This document shows positions 51,943-64,000 of a stretch of 64,000 bases of DNA, one piece after another; within the stretch, counting starts at the first letter, position 1, and each line of letters starts with the position of its first letter. The stretch is from assembly GCA_965112155.1 (NCBI GenBank), contig OZ218098.1; one strand, written 5' to 3'. This stretch comes from Podarcis liolepis (taxonomy: Eukaryota). The notes under the pieces were generated by a model. It was not told the origin of the DNA and made no database searches. It was given only the letters and a program-made list of their open reading frames with translations. The translations under genes and the position numbers were made by a program.

Positions 51943-52637
51943 CAGCGGCGTAGCGTGGGTTATCAGCACCCGGGGCAAGGCAAGTAATTTGCGCCCCCTA
52001 ACCCGGGGCAAGGCAATTAATTTGCGCCCGCCGCCCCCTAACCCGGGGCAAGGCAAGTACAGTAATTTACCCTCCCAAGCAGCAGCAGCGAGGCTTCTCT
52101 TTCCCCCGCGCTCTCCTGGAGCTGCCTCTTTTCATTCCTTACCGCAGCGTTTCCTGGCTGCTCCCCCCCCCCACTTCCCCTCTCTCTCCTCCTCGCTCTG
52201 CTTGCCTTGCCCTGCCTGAGGGTGCCCTGAGGAGACTCCGCTCTCCTTTTTGACCAGGCGAGGTGGAAAAGTCTCTTCCCGCCCCCTCGCCAGACTCCCT
52301 GCTCGGCTCGGCTCACTACCCAGGCGGCCAGTGGAGAGAGAGCCGCAATTACCATAAAGCTCCTCTCCCTCCGCTTCGCCAAGCTGTCAAAGCCCCGGCA
52401 GCAGCGGCAAAGGCAGCAGCAGGCGCAGCCAGACCCCCGCCAGCCAGCCAGCCCGCCCGCCCGGCTTCCTCTCCTTTTTTGGCCCGCGGCAGAAGGCTTC
52501 GCTCTCCCCCTTCCGCGACCTCCTCGCCAAGCCGTGGATTTTAGTAGGGGCAGAGAGCTGCTAGTGCGAGCGCGCCCCCTGCCCATGTTGCGCCCGGTGC
52601 GGCTGGCACCCCTGGCACCCCCCACGCTACGCCACTG
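51943..52637. mobile_element. Non-autonomous hAT DNA transposon, GC/CpG-rich, 695 bp
   Basis: 17-bp TIRs CAGCGGCGTAGCGTGGG / CCCACGCTACGCCACTG (one mismatch). Perfect 8-bp TSD aactactg at 51935-51942 and 52638-52645. Subterminal repeats are present. Confidence 0.9.
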
Positions 52638-52862
52638 AACTACTGTATTTCACATTTTAAAATGTTAATAACAAAATTCAGTAAGTCCCTGCTTGGCCCA
52701 AACATATATTAGAAAACTCGGCAAAAATGCTGCTAGAAATGTTATTATCCTGGTTACTTTACACCCACAAGGTAGGACGACTAGTTGCAAAAGGGACAAG
52801 AATACCTCTACCTTTAACAATGGGAAAGACAAAAGCATTTCAGCTGATTTAGCTTCACTCAC

Positions 52863-52914
52863 CTCTGTATGAGAAGCTGCATGCAGCTTTCAAAAATTTC
52901 CCACTTCCACACAA
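52863..52914 (-). other. Candidate MYLK non-coding 5' UTR exon (52 nt)
   Basis: Strong acceptor ctcctcctgtacccttacag| and consensus donor GAG|gtgagt, on the gene strand upstream of the ATG exon. Splice signals are the only evidence. Confidence 0.35.
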
Positions 52915-54927
52915 CTGTAAGGGTACAGGAGGAGCCTTAGCTTGCCTTGGCTTATTGAGAGAGCCAGCGTAATCTGCTCAGATGCAGAGCACAAAGGAAT
53001 CAAGAGCTCTGAGATTAGAAGATATCTGGAGGGGTGGCCCATCCCATTTAGCTACCAAAGGCAAAACGGGAAATGCTGCCTTCTGCTCCCCCACTGCATC
53101 CCCCCACTTCTGACAGTCACACCCCAGTTCTTGCTGAGCTTGATGGGAGTCAGGGTGCCCCTCAGAGCATTGCTGCCCACTAGGCTTCTCTGCCCATGGG
53201 TAGGGGAGACGAACGGCAACACCACACATCTCCCCCGTGGTGGCGGAGCACTGCCTTTTGCACTTCTGCCATCTGAGGTGGGCACTTTATCCTGCCTCAT
53301 GTGTGTGCCATCTCTACTAATCTGACACTCCACCCTCTGACTCCTAAAGCAGCATCCGTTCCCCAATTAGGAACGCCAGTAAATATATCATTCTTAAAAG
53401 GTGCACTTTTAAACATTTGCTTCATAAAAAGTACCCCAATACTACACATTGTACATGATTCCAGACTCTCTTTTGAGGCATACCAAACGCCCATCTTCTC
53501 TCTGCCGCAATCCCTTCTTAGCACACTTCTTTATGCTAATCAGCTGAACAATTAAGTGTTGCACTACTTTAGGTAAGGTCAAATGACTGCCACCTGGTGC
53601 ATTGTCCGTCTAAGCTCTATTTTGCACAGCTCTAGTAGGATTAGTAACAAGGAAAGGCTCCCCTCGTAAAACTTGTGTGGTTTATTACAGTGCAACCTCA
53701 AGAAAGCCACCTTCTTTCCCTCCCTCTGGACTGCAATATAAAACGTCATTAAGAACATTTACTACTAGAGTTGCCAAGCTGAAACCTGGAGATTTGTCTT
53801 TTATCTATAAAACTGTTGCTGAATCAAGGGACACAACAATCTCTCAATTATTTTTCCTCAGCTCTTCAACATGCCAGATTCATACATGGATTTAGAGGGA
53901 TAGGAAGAACCTCCAAGTTGCAACACTATTAACCACTTCAGAGGTTTTTATGGAGTTATAGCAGAAGAATTTACAACTTGCTTTCGAGTAACATGTCTGT
54001 AAGGAAGGTGCAACGCCATAACACATCCTGCCAGTGTTAGGATGACAGGCTTGTGGAAATATAGATTTATTTATTTTCAAAAAAAATTAAGTATATAGCT
54101 GACAAGTAATAATAAAAGTTGTAGGAAGGGCCTTGAAAGCATGTTTTCACCCATGTTTGTAAAAACTCAGAATGCAGCAAGTAAGTAGTCTTTGGTGCAA
54201 TTTCAGGGCCCCTTGTTAGGAATCGACCATTATACATACAGATATATGCACTGTATTATAATCTTTCTAAGAATCTAGTGGTCTCGTGCACAGACCCCAT
54301 CACTCTTCAGAGAGCAGAATTGTAGTCTAGGAATGCAGCTATACATACCTGTCAATTCCGTGCTTTGGCAGAGACACAGCTGATTTTAAAAGTAGCCTTG
54401 TGCCAAGTCTATCAGGCGCCACCACTCTTTTCATCTCCAATTTTCAATTTTAGATACCATTTTTTAACATGGCTGCGCATGCACAGACTTTTTTTTTAAA
54501 AAAAAATTAATGTAGGTAAACAAAGGTGGTTATACCCAATGGGGCTGAAGAGCAACAGAACTCATTCTCTGTTTTTCTAACTGGAAACCGTGGCAGGTAT
54601 GGCTACACTGCCCATGGCTTCCTAAAGAACGTATTTTCTTGCTCAATCTTATGTTGTAATTGTATTCCCTGGGAGTAAGTTTTATTGAACTCAAGGACTT
54701 ACTTCTGAGTAGACAATGACATGCATAAGAACTCCACTATTAATATCTCTCTGGCAAGCCTGAAGTGGTTAAGATATTGCTGGATTTTTAAGTGCAAATT
54801 ACATGGATGTATTAATGTTGATTAAACCACTGAGTTCTACATAAAGGGCAAATTAGATCCACTGAAATTAATGGGCCTACTTAGTCATGTTCATTCATTT
54901 CAATGGGTCTATTCCAAATAAAACTTA

Positions 54928-55211
54928 GGGCTCATCCACACTTAACTTTGCTCCATGTTTCTAGGCACAGGTCTGGGCTTTCCATGTCCTTGTCCAAGCA
55001 CTTTTCTTTTCCCCACCACTTCCACCATGAAAGCAAACAGCAAGTCAAAGAAAACCTGAATGGCTCTTTGCTCCAAGTCAGTGGTGCAGATTGGGTTTCC
55101 TGGGGAAAGTGGCAGGGCAAAATGAAAAAGAAAAAGCTCTTGGACAAGGACTGGGAAAGGGTGGACCTCTGCCTGGGAAGCACAGGGCAAAAAGTAAGTG
55201 GGGGTGAGCCT
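54928..55211. mobile_element. PIF/Harbinger-like MITE nested in an older palindromic repeat
   Basis: Imperfect TIRs GGGCTCATCCACACTT / AAGTGGGGGTGAGCCT. 3-bp TSD TTA at 54925-54927 and 55212-55214. Confidence 0.7.
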
Positions 55212-56092
55212 TTAGCTGAATACTACCCAGCTGAATAGTACTGTAAATGAATTTTAAACCAGGACATCCTTGCATGCCTAATCTGAAACAGTAGATTAGG
55301 AAGTAGCAAATCAAGTATTGACCAAAGAGGAGGAAAAAAGTACAGCTGCTAGCTTTAAAATAATTTTTAAAAGAGCAGATAAAATGTGAAGCACACTGCA
55401 CATTTTTAAGGCAATCTTCTATACTCAAGAGCTATTTTACAAAAGCAGAATGGAAATTGAAACAAGTGGGAGATCCATATGGTAAGCAGAACATGAGAAT
55501 CCAGAGGGAAGCGAGGAGGGAGTCATAGGCATTTGTGGTGGCAAATACTCCAGCTGCATCAGAAACATATGTTATGATTCTACACCATGACAGAAGGAGG
55601 AAGCAATCTGAAGATGTTATAGGGCAATTTAAGTCTTAGTGATTATGCCGGATGTCCCATCTTATAATACATAGAATTTATTCTTAACTACGGAAAGGCC
55701 CATTGAATACACACTTCTGGTGGTGGTTCTGTGTAGCTTCAGTCCTCCTTCTCCCAATACCATTTACCAGTTCCAGACTGCCTCCCTTCATGCATTCTTT
55801 CCCAAGCAAACACCTGAGTTTCATGCAGGAACATGGAAAACTTTGCATTGGTTCCCTTTGTCTCACCACAAAGTTAGATGTCATTTGAGATGGGATGGAA
55901 AATAGGCAACATTCCTTCAGTGCATTAATTTCTGCTTGTTGGGTACAGCAGCTATCTTGCTACCATTATGTTAGATTACAGTCATTCTCATTTTTACAGA
56001 CCAGAAACTGAGGTTTAGGGTGCTTCTGGACCAAGCAAGGTGCATGATTTCTCAAAAGTAAGGCCACAGAGATCAGTGTGATTAACTATAAA

Positions 56093-56463
56093 ACGAGCGT
56101 GGGAGAATCTCAATTTCAGGTTATCTCATTTTCCAGTCTTTGCATTTTAAAAAAAAAATCCTCACAAAAATTTATCAGCATTTTAGTGTGAGTTTCCCCT
56201 AATACACATTTTTCTATGCAATTTGCCCTGATATCACATTTTTGCAAAACAATTTCCCCTAATTTAATGCAATTTTGTATATTATTTCCATATATGCACA
56301 CTTTACGGCAATTATAAGCATTTCTGTACATATTGCTTCGCCGGAGACCTGCATTGCAAAATTCAAAGAAGTGTGAATTTCAAAAGATGGCTGTGTTTCA
56401 GGGTATGAATTAGGTTAGCCTTGCCTTTGAGTGGAAACAAATTGAATTTCTCCTCCATCACGT
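56093..56463. mobile_element. Old non-autonomous DNA transposon (AT-rich, hAT-like)
   Basis: Degenerate ends GTGGGAGAAT / GAATTTCTCCTCCATC. Internal periodic CACATTTTT...CAATTTCCCCTAAT units typical of squamate non-autonomous elements. Confidence 0.5.
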
Positions 56464-57060
56464 ACATGTTTTCTAAGTGGTAATTCCACTCACACTTATT
56501 TTGAAGTAAGCCCTGGAGAACCTATTCCAAGTAAATGTGCAGAGAATTGGCCCATAGGTTCCTCAGCATAGTAGCTGAAAACCTGGTAGTAAAATAGGCA
56601 ATATCTTAAAGAAATAGTACCTGTCATGACAGCAGTTTGGGAGCTATTGCTAGAATGGTAGAAATGAACTAAAAGCAAGCAGCACATTTGACCTGACTTG
56701 TACAGGCATATAAAACCATCAAACACCAGTTTTATATCTCTTTAACCATCAGAGTCTCTCCCAAAGTCTACTGGAAATTGTTAGTTGAGTGAAATGCGAA
56801 GTTTCCTAGGACAAGGGAATGACTATGAAACTAGCTTTAGTCTCTTGTGCAGATATGCTTTGGATGCCTGGCATGTGTCTCAATCAACATGTTGGTGACA
56901 TGCAAAAAGCACTGAGATTACTAAGGAAATCACACCTCTGGAAGTCCCTTTGAAGAAAGCAACAACAACAACAACAAAAACAAAAAAGAAGCCTCACTAA
57001 ACGAAATATCTGAACTTAAGGCTCTTTGGCTCAAAAATAATACTATGTGTTGCAGACACT

Positions 57061-57196
57061 TAGGGTGGCCAGATGAAAAAGAAGAGGTCAGCACTCCTGC
57101 ACCTTTAACAAATATGCTGCCGTTTCAGCAGGTGTAGCTTACACAACGACTGTTAAAGGTGCAGGGATCCTGTCTCTTCATCAGCTGCCTTCCCTA
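57061..57196. mobile_element. Palindromic hAT-like MITE
   Basis: Ends TAGGGTGGCCAGATGA / TCAGCTGCCTTCCCTA, with inner inverted repeat CCTGCACCTTTAACA / TGTTAAAGGTGCAGG. The TSD is not clean. Confidence 0.65.
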
Positions 57197-57928
57197 GACA
57201 GACTGGACATTTGCAGGGCTGCATGAGTCCCAGAGTATGTGACAAACCAAATTTTCCAGTGGATAGGCCAGCTGGTTTCATAGTGAGTACACATGCAGGT
57301 GCGATAAAGGATAGGAGTGAAAAGGATAACACTAACCCACAGACTCTTTACCTCTCCACAGGCACTCTCTCTCTTTTCTCCCAACCAAAAACACTTCCTG
57401 TACTAAAGTTGTTCATGAAACGCTACAGGGAGGGTTCTGCTCTCCTCACCCATGTTGCTTTAAAAAATGAAACTCCTGCTTCTTCTCCCTCCATGCATTG
57501 GGATATATTAATGTCTAAATGCTCAGATTTGTTGCCTTCCCATATAGTTCTGTCCTGACAGCTGGGGGGTGGAGTGCAAACTGAGAACATTTAAATTCCA
57601 ACTGCACTATGTTAAGCCCAGTTGTTGTGTACAGACATGTAATGTCTGCAACTGCAAGCATCTCACTGCCATTTTTCATTATTGTAGAGAAAACTCACAA
57701 AGCAGGAACAACCTAAGTTTTGCTAAATCTCCTTATTATAAAGGCATCCACCTAGAAAATATAATCCAACTCCTTAAAAAATCAACGATGATTTTACCGT
57801 AAATGTCAGTTGCATGTTGTCTGAATATCTGATTTTAGAGAGCTAACCCTCAACACAGGATCTTTTACTTGGAGTTTGGAGCCTTACAGCAATTCTGTAA
57901 TTCACCCAATATGACTACTTGCACTTAC

Positions 57929-58020
57929 CTCCATGTGCCATTACCCAGTTCATCTTGGGAAAAGATTCTTTGTCAGGATATTGTGTGATCTCAGCTATAT
58001 TTAAGAAAAGGGGAAGCTTC
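57929..58020 (-). other. Candidate MYLK non-coding 5' UTR exon (92 nt, or 66 nt from an acceptor at 57994)
   Basis: Consensus donor GAG|gtaagt, with acceptor ttttttcag| or ttttcttaaatatag|. Splice signals are the only evidence. Confidence 0.3.
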
Positions 58021-60304
58021 CTGAAAAAACTTGAAGTTCCCTGTGTTTAAAGAGCTAATTTCATTTCCAACAGTTCTTGTAAGGTACATATATTCAAAAC
58101 AAGTCAATGCCAGGCAGATAACAGCACAGCAGGAGGACCAGTCTTTCTTGAACAAACTGAAATTTGCCACTGAGTATAGACTTGTTTTCAGCCTTGTAGT
58201 CAATGACTGTAAGCTCCATAAACTGCTTTAATAATAGCACCACTAAGCTCTTAAATAGCACTTTCTACCCAACCCAGGGCCTTAAAGCCCTTTACACACA
58301 ATAATGGATTAAACCTCTCAATGCCAGCTGAAAGCATGCAGGGGGAAGGCATTGCAACCTGCATTTCAAAGATATGGAAACCATGGGCAAGCTGAGCTCT
58401 AGCATCACACTAGGGTACCCAAGTAAAAACGAAGGCATCTTTAACTATGTTGATAGCCTTTAGGTACATATATTTGTTCCTTTATGCATAAAGATGTTTC
58501 CGTTTGCTCTATAGGACTTAAGAGATCACATGGAACCAATTTGAGATGCCCATGGACACATTCTGGAGCAACGTCTGGAAGGCTGGCAGTGCATTTCTAC
58601 CTATATCTGATCTCACTGGAACTAAGCCTAAGGTATGTCATGCTAATCTGATAGCTATATGCCGGTAACCAGGTCAGGAGACTGGGTCACAGCACTGAAA
58701 TAGTACCTAAGACCAATTGCTCAAGGTCATCATCACCTTTTTTGTTCAAGGCATGGCTCCCACCATCTCTGTATAGAACTGTTGCCTCACCTCCTTTCAA
58801 GTAAGTCATCCTAACCAGTTTCCATATTAGAAAGCATACTAGGTTGTGACTACTGGCTACCCACCTACCAAGTGTCATTCTCCACTAGAATAGTTGCACT
58901 TGTGATGCTGCCAAGTTTGACAGACAATTCACAAGGACAAGTTTCTCCACATAATGTGTCTACAACAGGCAACTTGCATAATAACATGAGGGCTTGGTTC
59001 CAAGGGTTGTGCTTATAGGTGTAAATTGTGTATAGCCAGAATTACTCTTGCAGCTGTCCCGCAGTGAGCCAGCTTGCCTTCTATAAGACAATCTCCTCAC
59101 CCTAACCCTAAAACCAGGAAGGGCTTGAAGCAGGAAGAGTAGTGAGTAGGAAGTTCCATGCAGGAGACGTCTCAGGTTGTAGGCACACAACCATCAGGGG
59201 AGGGTTATATAAGCTGGCAGGTGGGGTGGGGTCTCACTGTTACTACAATTGCTCCACAGGGCGCAGATCTGTGGTGGACTGTTGCTTAGTGGCATGTGTG
59301 CATGTGTGCATCTAGAGCACCGCAAGAGTTGCTGCAAGTGCTTCTTTTGTCAGTAAAGACTTAACTATCAGACATGTGCCTTCCGTAGCTGGGGTGGGCC
59401 AGGGCAATACATCTCTGCAGGAAAACAAAGAGTTTTAACTTCACAAGTTGTAAGTAACTAGCAAGGTTGGCCCCCAAAGAGTTTTGAATCTGTTTTATAT
59501 CCTTCCTTCATTCTGTGGGCCCGATGCATTCTTTTCACCAAAGGGTCACCATTCAAGTAAGGCAGGGCTTCTCAAAGGCTTTAAACAACAAAAGCGATGT
59601 CCAGATGTTTCCAGTAAAGCCATAGGTTAGATGTAGCAGGGCAGATTGTTCAGAAGCAACATTAACAGGGCCTCTTCTGTTCTTTTGAATTTTGGATTCT
59701 GGACGTGACAGACAACACATAAGATGAGCTTTGTTCTAATAAAGTGGGGGATACAGATACATAAGGATGATAAAAGAGTGCAAGGAATAGATTTGGAATC
59801 CTTGGGTTTTGCAATCTGAAGCTTTTCTAGACAGCTGCTGAACAGAGTTAAGTCCCTGATACTGATGAAATTTAACATTTTACAAAATAATCGTGACTGT
59901 GGTTTTCCGCAGTCCACTGCAGAAAGATAGGTTATAAGTGCCAGTCTGAGTTTTTGGATTGTGAAACCAATTTAAATGGGATTGTTTCACTTTATTCAAC
60001 TGGATTTTCACTACATTTCACTCCCAAATCAAAATTCTGTATCCCAAAAACCCAGTTTCCACAATCAGAACAAAGTTATGCTCATCAAGCATTGTTGGAA
60101 GATTTCATTTTTGCTCATTTATTTAGCAACAGCAGTAATTTTGACTTTCATATATATTCCAAAATTATTTGCAAGACAGGGTAGGTAGCAAGGAGGCAGA
60201 GCTAATTGGACACACATAAAGGGAATATTAGCAGACGAGGGGCAAGTTTGCAATGCCCTATTGCCCTACTGGCCAATAATGCCATAAGCTAATGCCAGAG
60301 GTGG

Positions 60305-60522
60305 GATTCAAGATGACCTTAACAGATTGGAGAATTGGGCAAAAACTAACAAAAGGAATTTTAGTTGGGATAAATGTAAGGTTCTACACTTAGGCAGAAA
60401 GAAACAGCTGCATAAATATAAGTTGGGGGCATATGGCTTGCCAGCAGTACATGTGAATGAAAAGGCTCTAGGGCTCTTTGTAGACCACATGCCTAAACAG
60501 TGTGATGCAGCAGCAAAAAAAG
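60305..60522 (+). mobile_element. CR1 LINE ORF2 fragment
   Basis: Translates IQDDLNRLENWAKTNKRNFSWDKCKVLHLGRKK...EKALGLFVDH..QCDAAAKK, the classic CR1 post-RT motif. Confidence 0.92.
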
Positions 60523-61057
60523 TTCACATGTGCTTTAACCCCTTTTTGACTTATTGCTGATTTTAATTTTCTTTTGAATTTTTTTATTCTTGTTTTTAAT
60601 TGTTTTTATTGCTAATTTTAATGTTATATTCTTTTTGTAAACTACTTAGAGGGTTTTTTAACAGTCAAGGGGTATATAAATCTTGCTAAATAAATAAACT
60701 AGACTCTGGACATACAGACACGGTGAGCACAGTCTGGACACACACCAAGTCGCTTCCTGCTCTTCCTTGAAGTTTCGAAGGTGAAAGATTCTACAACTAT
60801 CTCAGGCTGTTTTTCACACAACTAAACTGCTCTTATGACAAGTAAATGTTTAATATCCACTGTGAGCCTTTCGTCCCGCAGCTTAAGCCAATTTGCTTGT
60901 TGCCTTTTCCATAGCAGAAAGAGTAAACAATAGCTTTGCCCTCTTCTTCCTAACACCCTTTTTCATGTTAGATAACTGTCAACATTTCCATTCAATCTTT
61001 TTGGTCGTAGCAAAAGCTCCACGCTTCCTGCAACTCCTCCCCACTTGCCCCACTTGC

Positions 61058-61173
61058 ACTCCAGATGTTGTTGGACTCCAGCTCCCATCAGCCCCTGCCA
61101 ACATGGCCAATGGTCATGGATGATGGGAGCTGTAGTTCAAAACACCTTGAGGGCATCAGGTTGGAGAAGGCTG
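61058..61173. mobile_element. Truncated hAT MITE of the same core family
   Basis: Sequence CCAGATGTTGTTGGACTCCAGCTCCCATCA...GATGATGGGAGCTGTAGTTC...GGTTGGAGAAGGCTG. The left TIR is missing. Confidence 0.65.
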
Positions 61174-63717
61174 CTTGTCATTCCTCTGGGTCTCCACTGA
61201 ATTGTTTCCCATTTGTCAACCGTCCTTCTTGAATTGTGATGCCTAGTTTTAATTTGTCTAGTCATCAAATAAAATCCTGCTTGATAGGATACTAAAATAT
61301 ATAGTGAAAGTAAAACTACAGAATATGTCTTCAATATTATATAACTTGCATTGAAATTATGTTACCTTTCAATAGAAAAATATTTTAAAATAAATATAAA
61401 GATGCATATTTACTAGAGAACCACCTTGTCATGCATATGACAATTTTAACTTTTAGATCAATGAACAGCACAATCCTATGCATGTTTTACCCAGCAAAGT
61501 CAATGAGTTTTACTCCCTACCAAGTGTGTTTAGGGTCGCAGCCAAATATTTATCCCCCCCCCCCTCAAAGCCATTACCTAATCTATTGATTGTCCTAATT
61601 AATCATTAACTGCTCATACTTCATGGAGGTGACCAACTCCTGGGAAAGTATGAAAAAATCAATGAAAGTTACTATGAATCCCAGTGAAAAAGGCCTACCC
61701 ACCTACCAACTGCACTATAGTTGAGAGAAAGATATTTGCATAAGAAAATTTTGTATCTTGACAGTAGAAAGAGAAGATACACAAAATAGCAAGACCCGTG
61801 GACTCTTAATACCTTGCAGTATAAGTGCCAGACAAACCTGTTTAAATGAGCTAAAGAAGGTCATCCATTCCTAATTTTGATCACTTAGGTCAACAGGTTA
61901 GAATAAGAACCGAGACAGGTATGCATGCTGACATCATTATGGTAGGGATGTTCATGCAATTCATTTATCAAAGGGCTAGTTCTGAGTGGCTTTGAAGAGA
62001 CCATATGTATCACTGTGTCACAGTGGGAAATTGGTTTCTTGTCCATTACCGCAAGTTTTTTCCTACTTCTACACTGCATGGCTGTTTTCCTTTACTAATG
62101 TTTCCTGCTTAAACTGATGTAGTACAAATTGCTATAAAGTTACCCTGAGAGGCCAATTTGCACTAAAAATCATCTCATTGTTTACCAATATGATGTAAGA
62201 ACACCAGTAAGAGGTACACATACGTATTTATATAAAGATATTTCTGTAGATAAATTTATATAAATATAGGTGCTATCAATAAGCATAGATGTGCATGATA
62301 AACCATGCAGAGTGAGAAATTCTAAGCAAGGTGGTGATCACACTCACCTCTTGGGGTTTGCACTTTCTATAACGCCTTCTACAAGCACTGTAACCATGCT
62401 TGATAGACCTTTTCTAAAAGCATATGATGGCCAAGGAGGTGTTGCTCAGTGCTGATTATATTAGCCACAGTTACCTCAATACTTTGCCAAACAGTACCCG
62501 GCTGCCTTGCCAAAATCACAGCTAAATGGCGACAAAGCTAATGGGAACAATCCCCATTGGCCTTAGATTGCCTTTAGATCAGAGCCTTGGCAAGGATTGC
62601 TAAGTATGTGTGTTGTGAGATTCTACCGTTAGGCACTAGCCATAATAATACTTTCCACATCTGTGGAAATTAGACACTTTTTGGAAAGTGTTTCCCTTCC
62701 ACTGAATATGTTTTGACCAAAAGCTTTGCAAACTCTCATCATTTCAATTTCAAACTACGAAGCCATTTTACCCAAGAGCTCTGTTAGGGAGAGGGGAATA
62801 ATACTCAAATAGGACTTAGTCACTCTTGATACAGAAATGAAGCAGATAATCCTTAAAGGTGGTTTCCTGTTGCAACACGGGGAGGGGGGGGGATGTTCTC
62901 TAAAGGCAGGTAATCCTTACTGTTAAAAGTTTGAATTAAACATTTTTGCAGTACTGTATAAGCATACAATTAAAGGGATTGTTTTCCTTGACTTTTCTTA
63001 TGATACATTACACCAGCCCCCAACAAATTGAGCAACACATTCAAAAGGGGTCAGGAACCAGAGAGGATGCCAGCAGTACTCTGCACGATATACTTAAGAT
63101 AGAACATGTCATTCACCAGACAAAACGGCGTTTATTTCAACAGATCAAATGAGACAAGCCAAGAAACCCTTCAAATATCTCCAGGAGAAACACATCTGTT
63201 ATCCCACATGCATAAAGAATCTACTTGCATATTGTTCACGTTACATCTTCCTCTGAACTTGACGCAGGTCATTTTGAAACTATGCACTAAATAAAATACA
63301 AGTTTCCGAGATACAGACAAGGGCGTAATTTTGACCACATGTTTGCCAGGAATGCCAAGTCCTCAAAAAGGTGTTGCTGTTGTGTGTTTTTTTAATGTTA
63401 ACTAAACAGAAATTGCTCTCTAGCTTTTTTAAAGAATTTCATAAGTTAAAGTGCTATTCACCCATAATAAAAATAGACAGCTTCAAATACAAACTATAGC
63501 TGTATATCTCAATTTTATAAAGCCATTATGTCAATAAATACTGAGTAGAAAATTTAAAATTTGAGGCAGATTTACCACTCCTAACTCCTAGTGAGGCAGG
63601 CTGCGTTCCTATTAATATGCCTCTTTAGGGTAACCTCTCCCCCTCCCTTAATGCTGTTTTTCACCAGCAATTGATATTTAGTGGCATATACTGTACTGCC
63701 TCAGGACATGGAGCAAT

Positions 63718-63920
63718 GGGAGGAATCACAGAACGATGGTAGAGCACATGCTTTACATCCAAAAGGTCCTGGGTTCAGTTTCCAGTTGAAATGAGATCAG
63801 ACAGCAAGGCTGGAAAAGCCCGTTGTCTGATGGCCCTGCAGAGTTACTGCCCTACAGAGCATCTAATACTAGGGTAGATGTAGCAGGGACCTGATCAACA
63901 AAAAGCAACATTTTATGCTC
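63718..63920 (+). mobile_element. Degenerate Squam3-like SINE
   Basis: Head TGGTAGAGCACATGCTTTACATCCAAAAGGTCCTGGGTTCAGTT followed by a decayed body. Confidence 0.55.
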
Positions 63921-64000
63921 AGGTTTCAGGTATTATGTTTTCTAGTACTGCATTGTTTCTTTTAGAGATGATATGAGTCTTTAATCCAGACTCACATCAG

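Noticed and set aside
52038-52625. 195-aa Arg/Gly-rich ORF and overlapping plus-strand ORFs
   Set aside because: They are stop-poor frames produced by the GC-rich interior of the hAT element, with no transposase or other domain motifs.
51943-52637. Native CpG-island promoter of MYLK
   Set aside because: The boundaries coincide exactly with TIRs and an 8-bp TSD, so this is an insertion. The true first exon is probably outside the window.

Overview
This is AT-rich vertebrate genomic DNA from a squamate reptile. A Sauria SINE and Squam3-type SINEs point to a lizard, plausibly a lacertid (inference). The window holds the 5' part of the long (non-muscle) myosin light chain kinase gene MYLK on the minus strand. 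I reconstructed ten GT-AG coding exons by hand, from the ATG at 44542 down to 7406. They total 1867 nt (622 codons plus 1 nt, one continuous frame) and encode four Ig-like domains and the Ig2-Ig3 linker. The gene continues past position 1, and its non-coding 5' exons probably lie at or beyond 52-64 kb. The introns are full of transposon relics: Tc1/mariner-pogo, hAT and PIF/Harbinger MITEs with intact TIRs/TSDs; Sauria, Squam3, MIR-like and 5S-derived SINEs; CR1, L2, L1 and RTE-X-like LINE fragments; and microsatellites. Almost all ORFs in the supplied track are spurious. I see no evidence for a wholly new multi-gene system. The most noteworthy items are: (i) a 100-bp Penelope-like insertion that is mostly a minimal type I hammerhead ribozyme motif; (ii) a splicing-control signature around the Ig3 cassette exon (very weak acceptor, tandem AG, UGCAUG cluster, MITE hairpin); (iii) a CpG-island-like 695-bp hAT element upstream of the first coding exon; (iv) a three-TIR MITE dimer fused through the palindromic TIR core.
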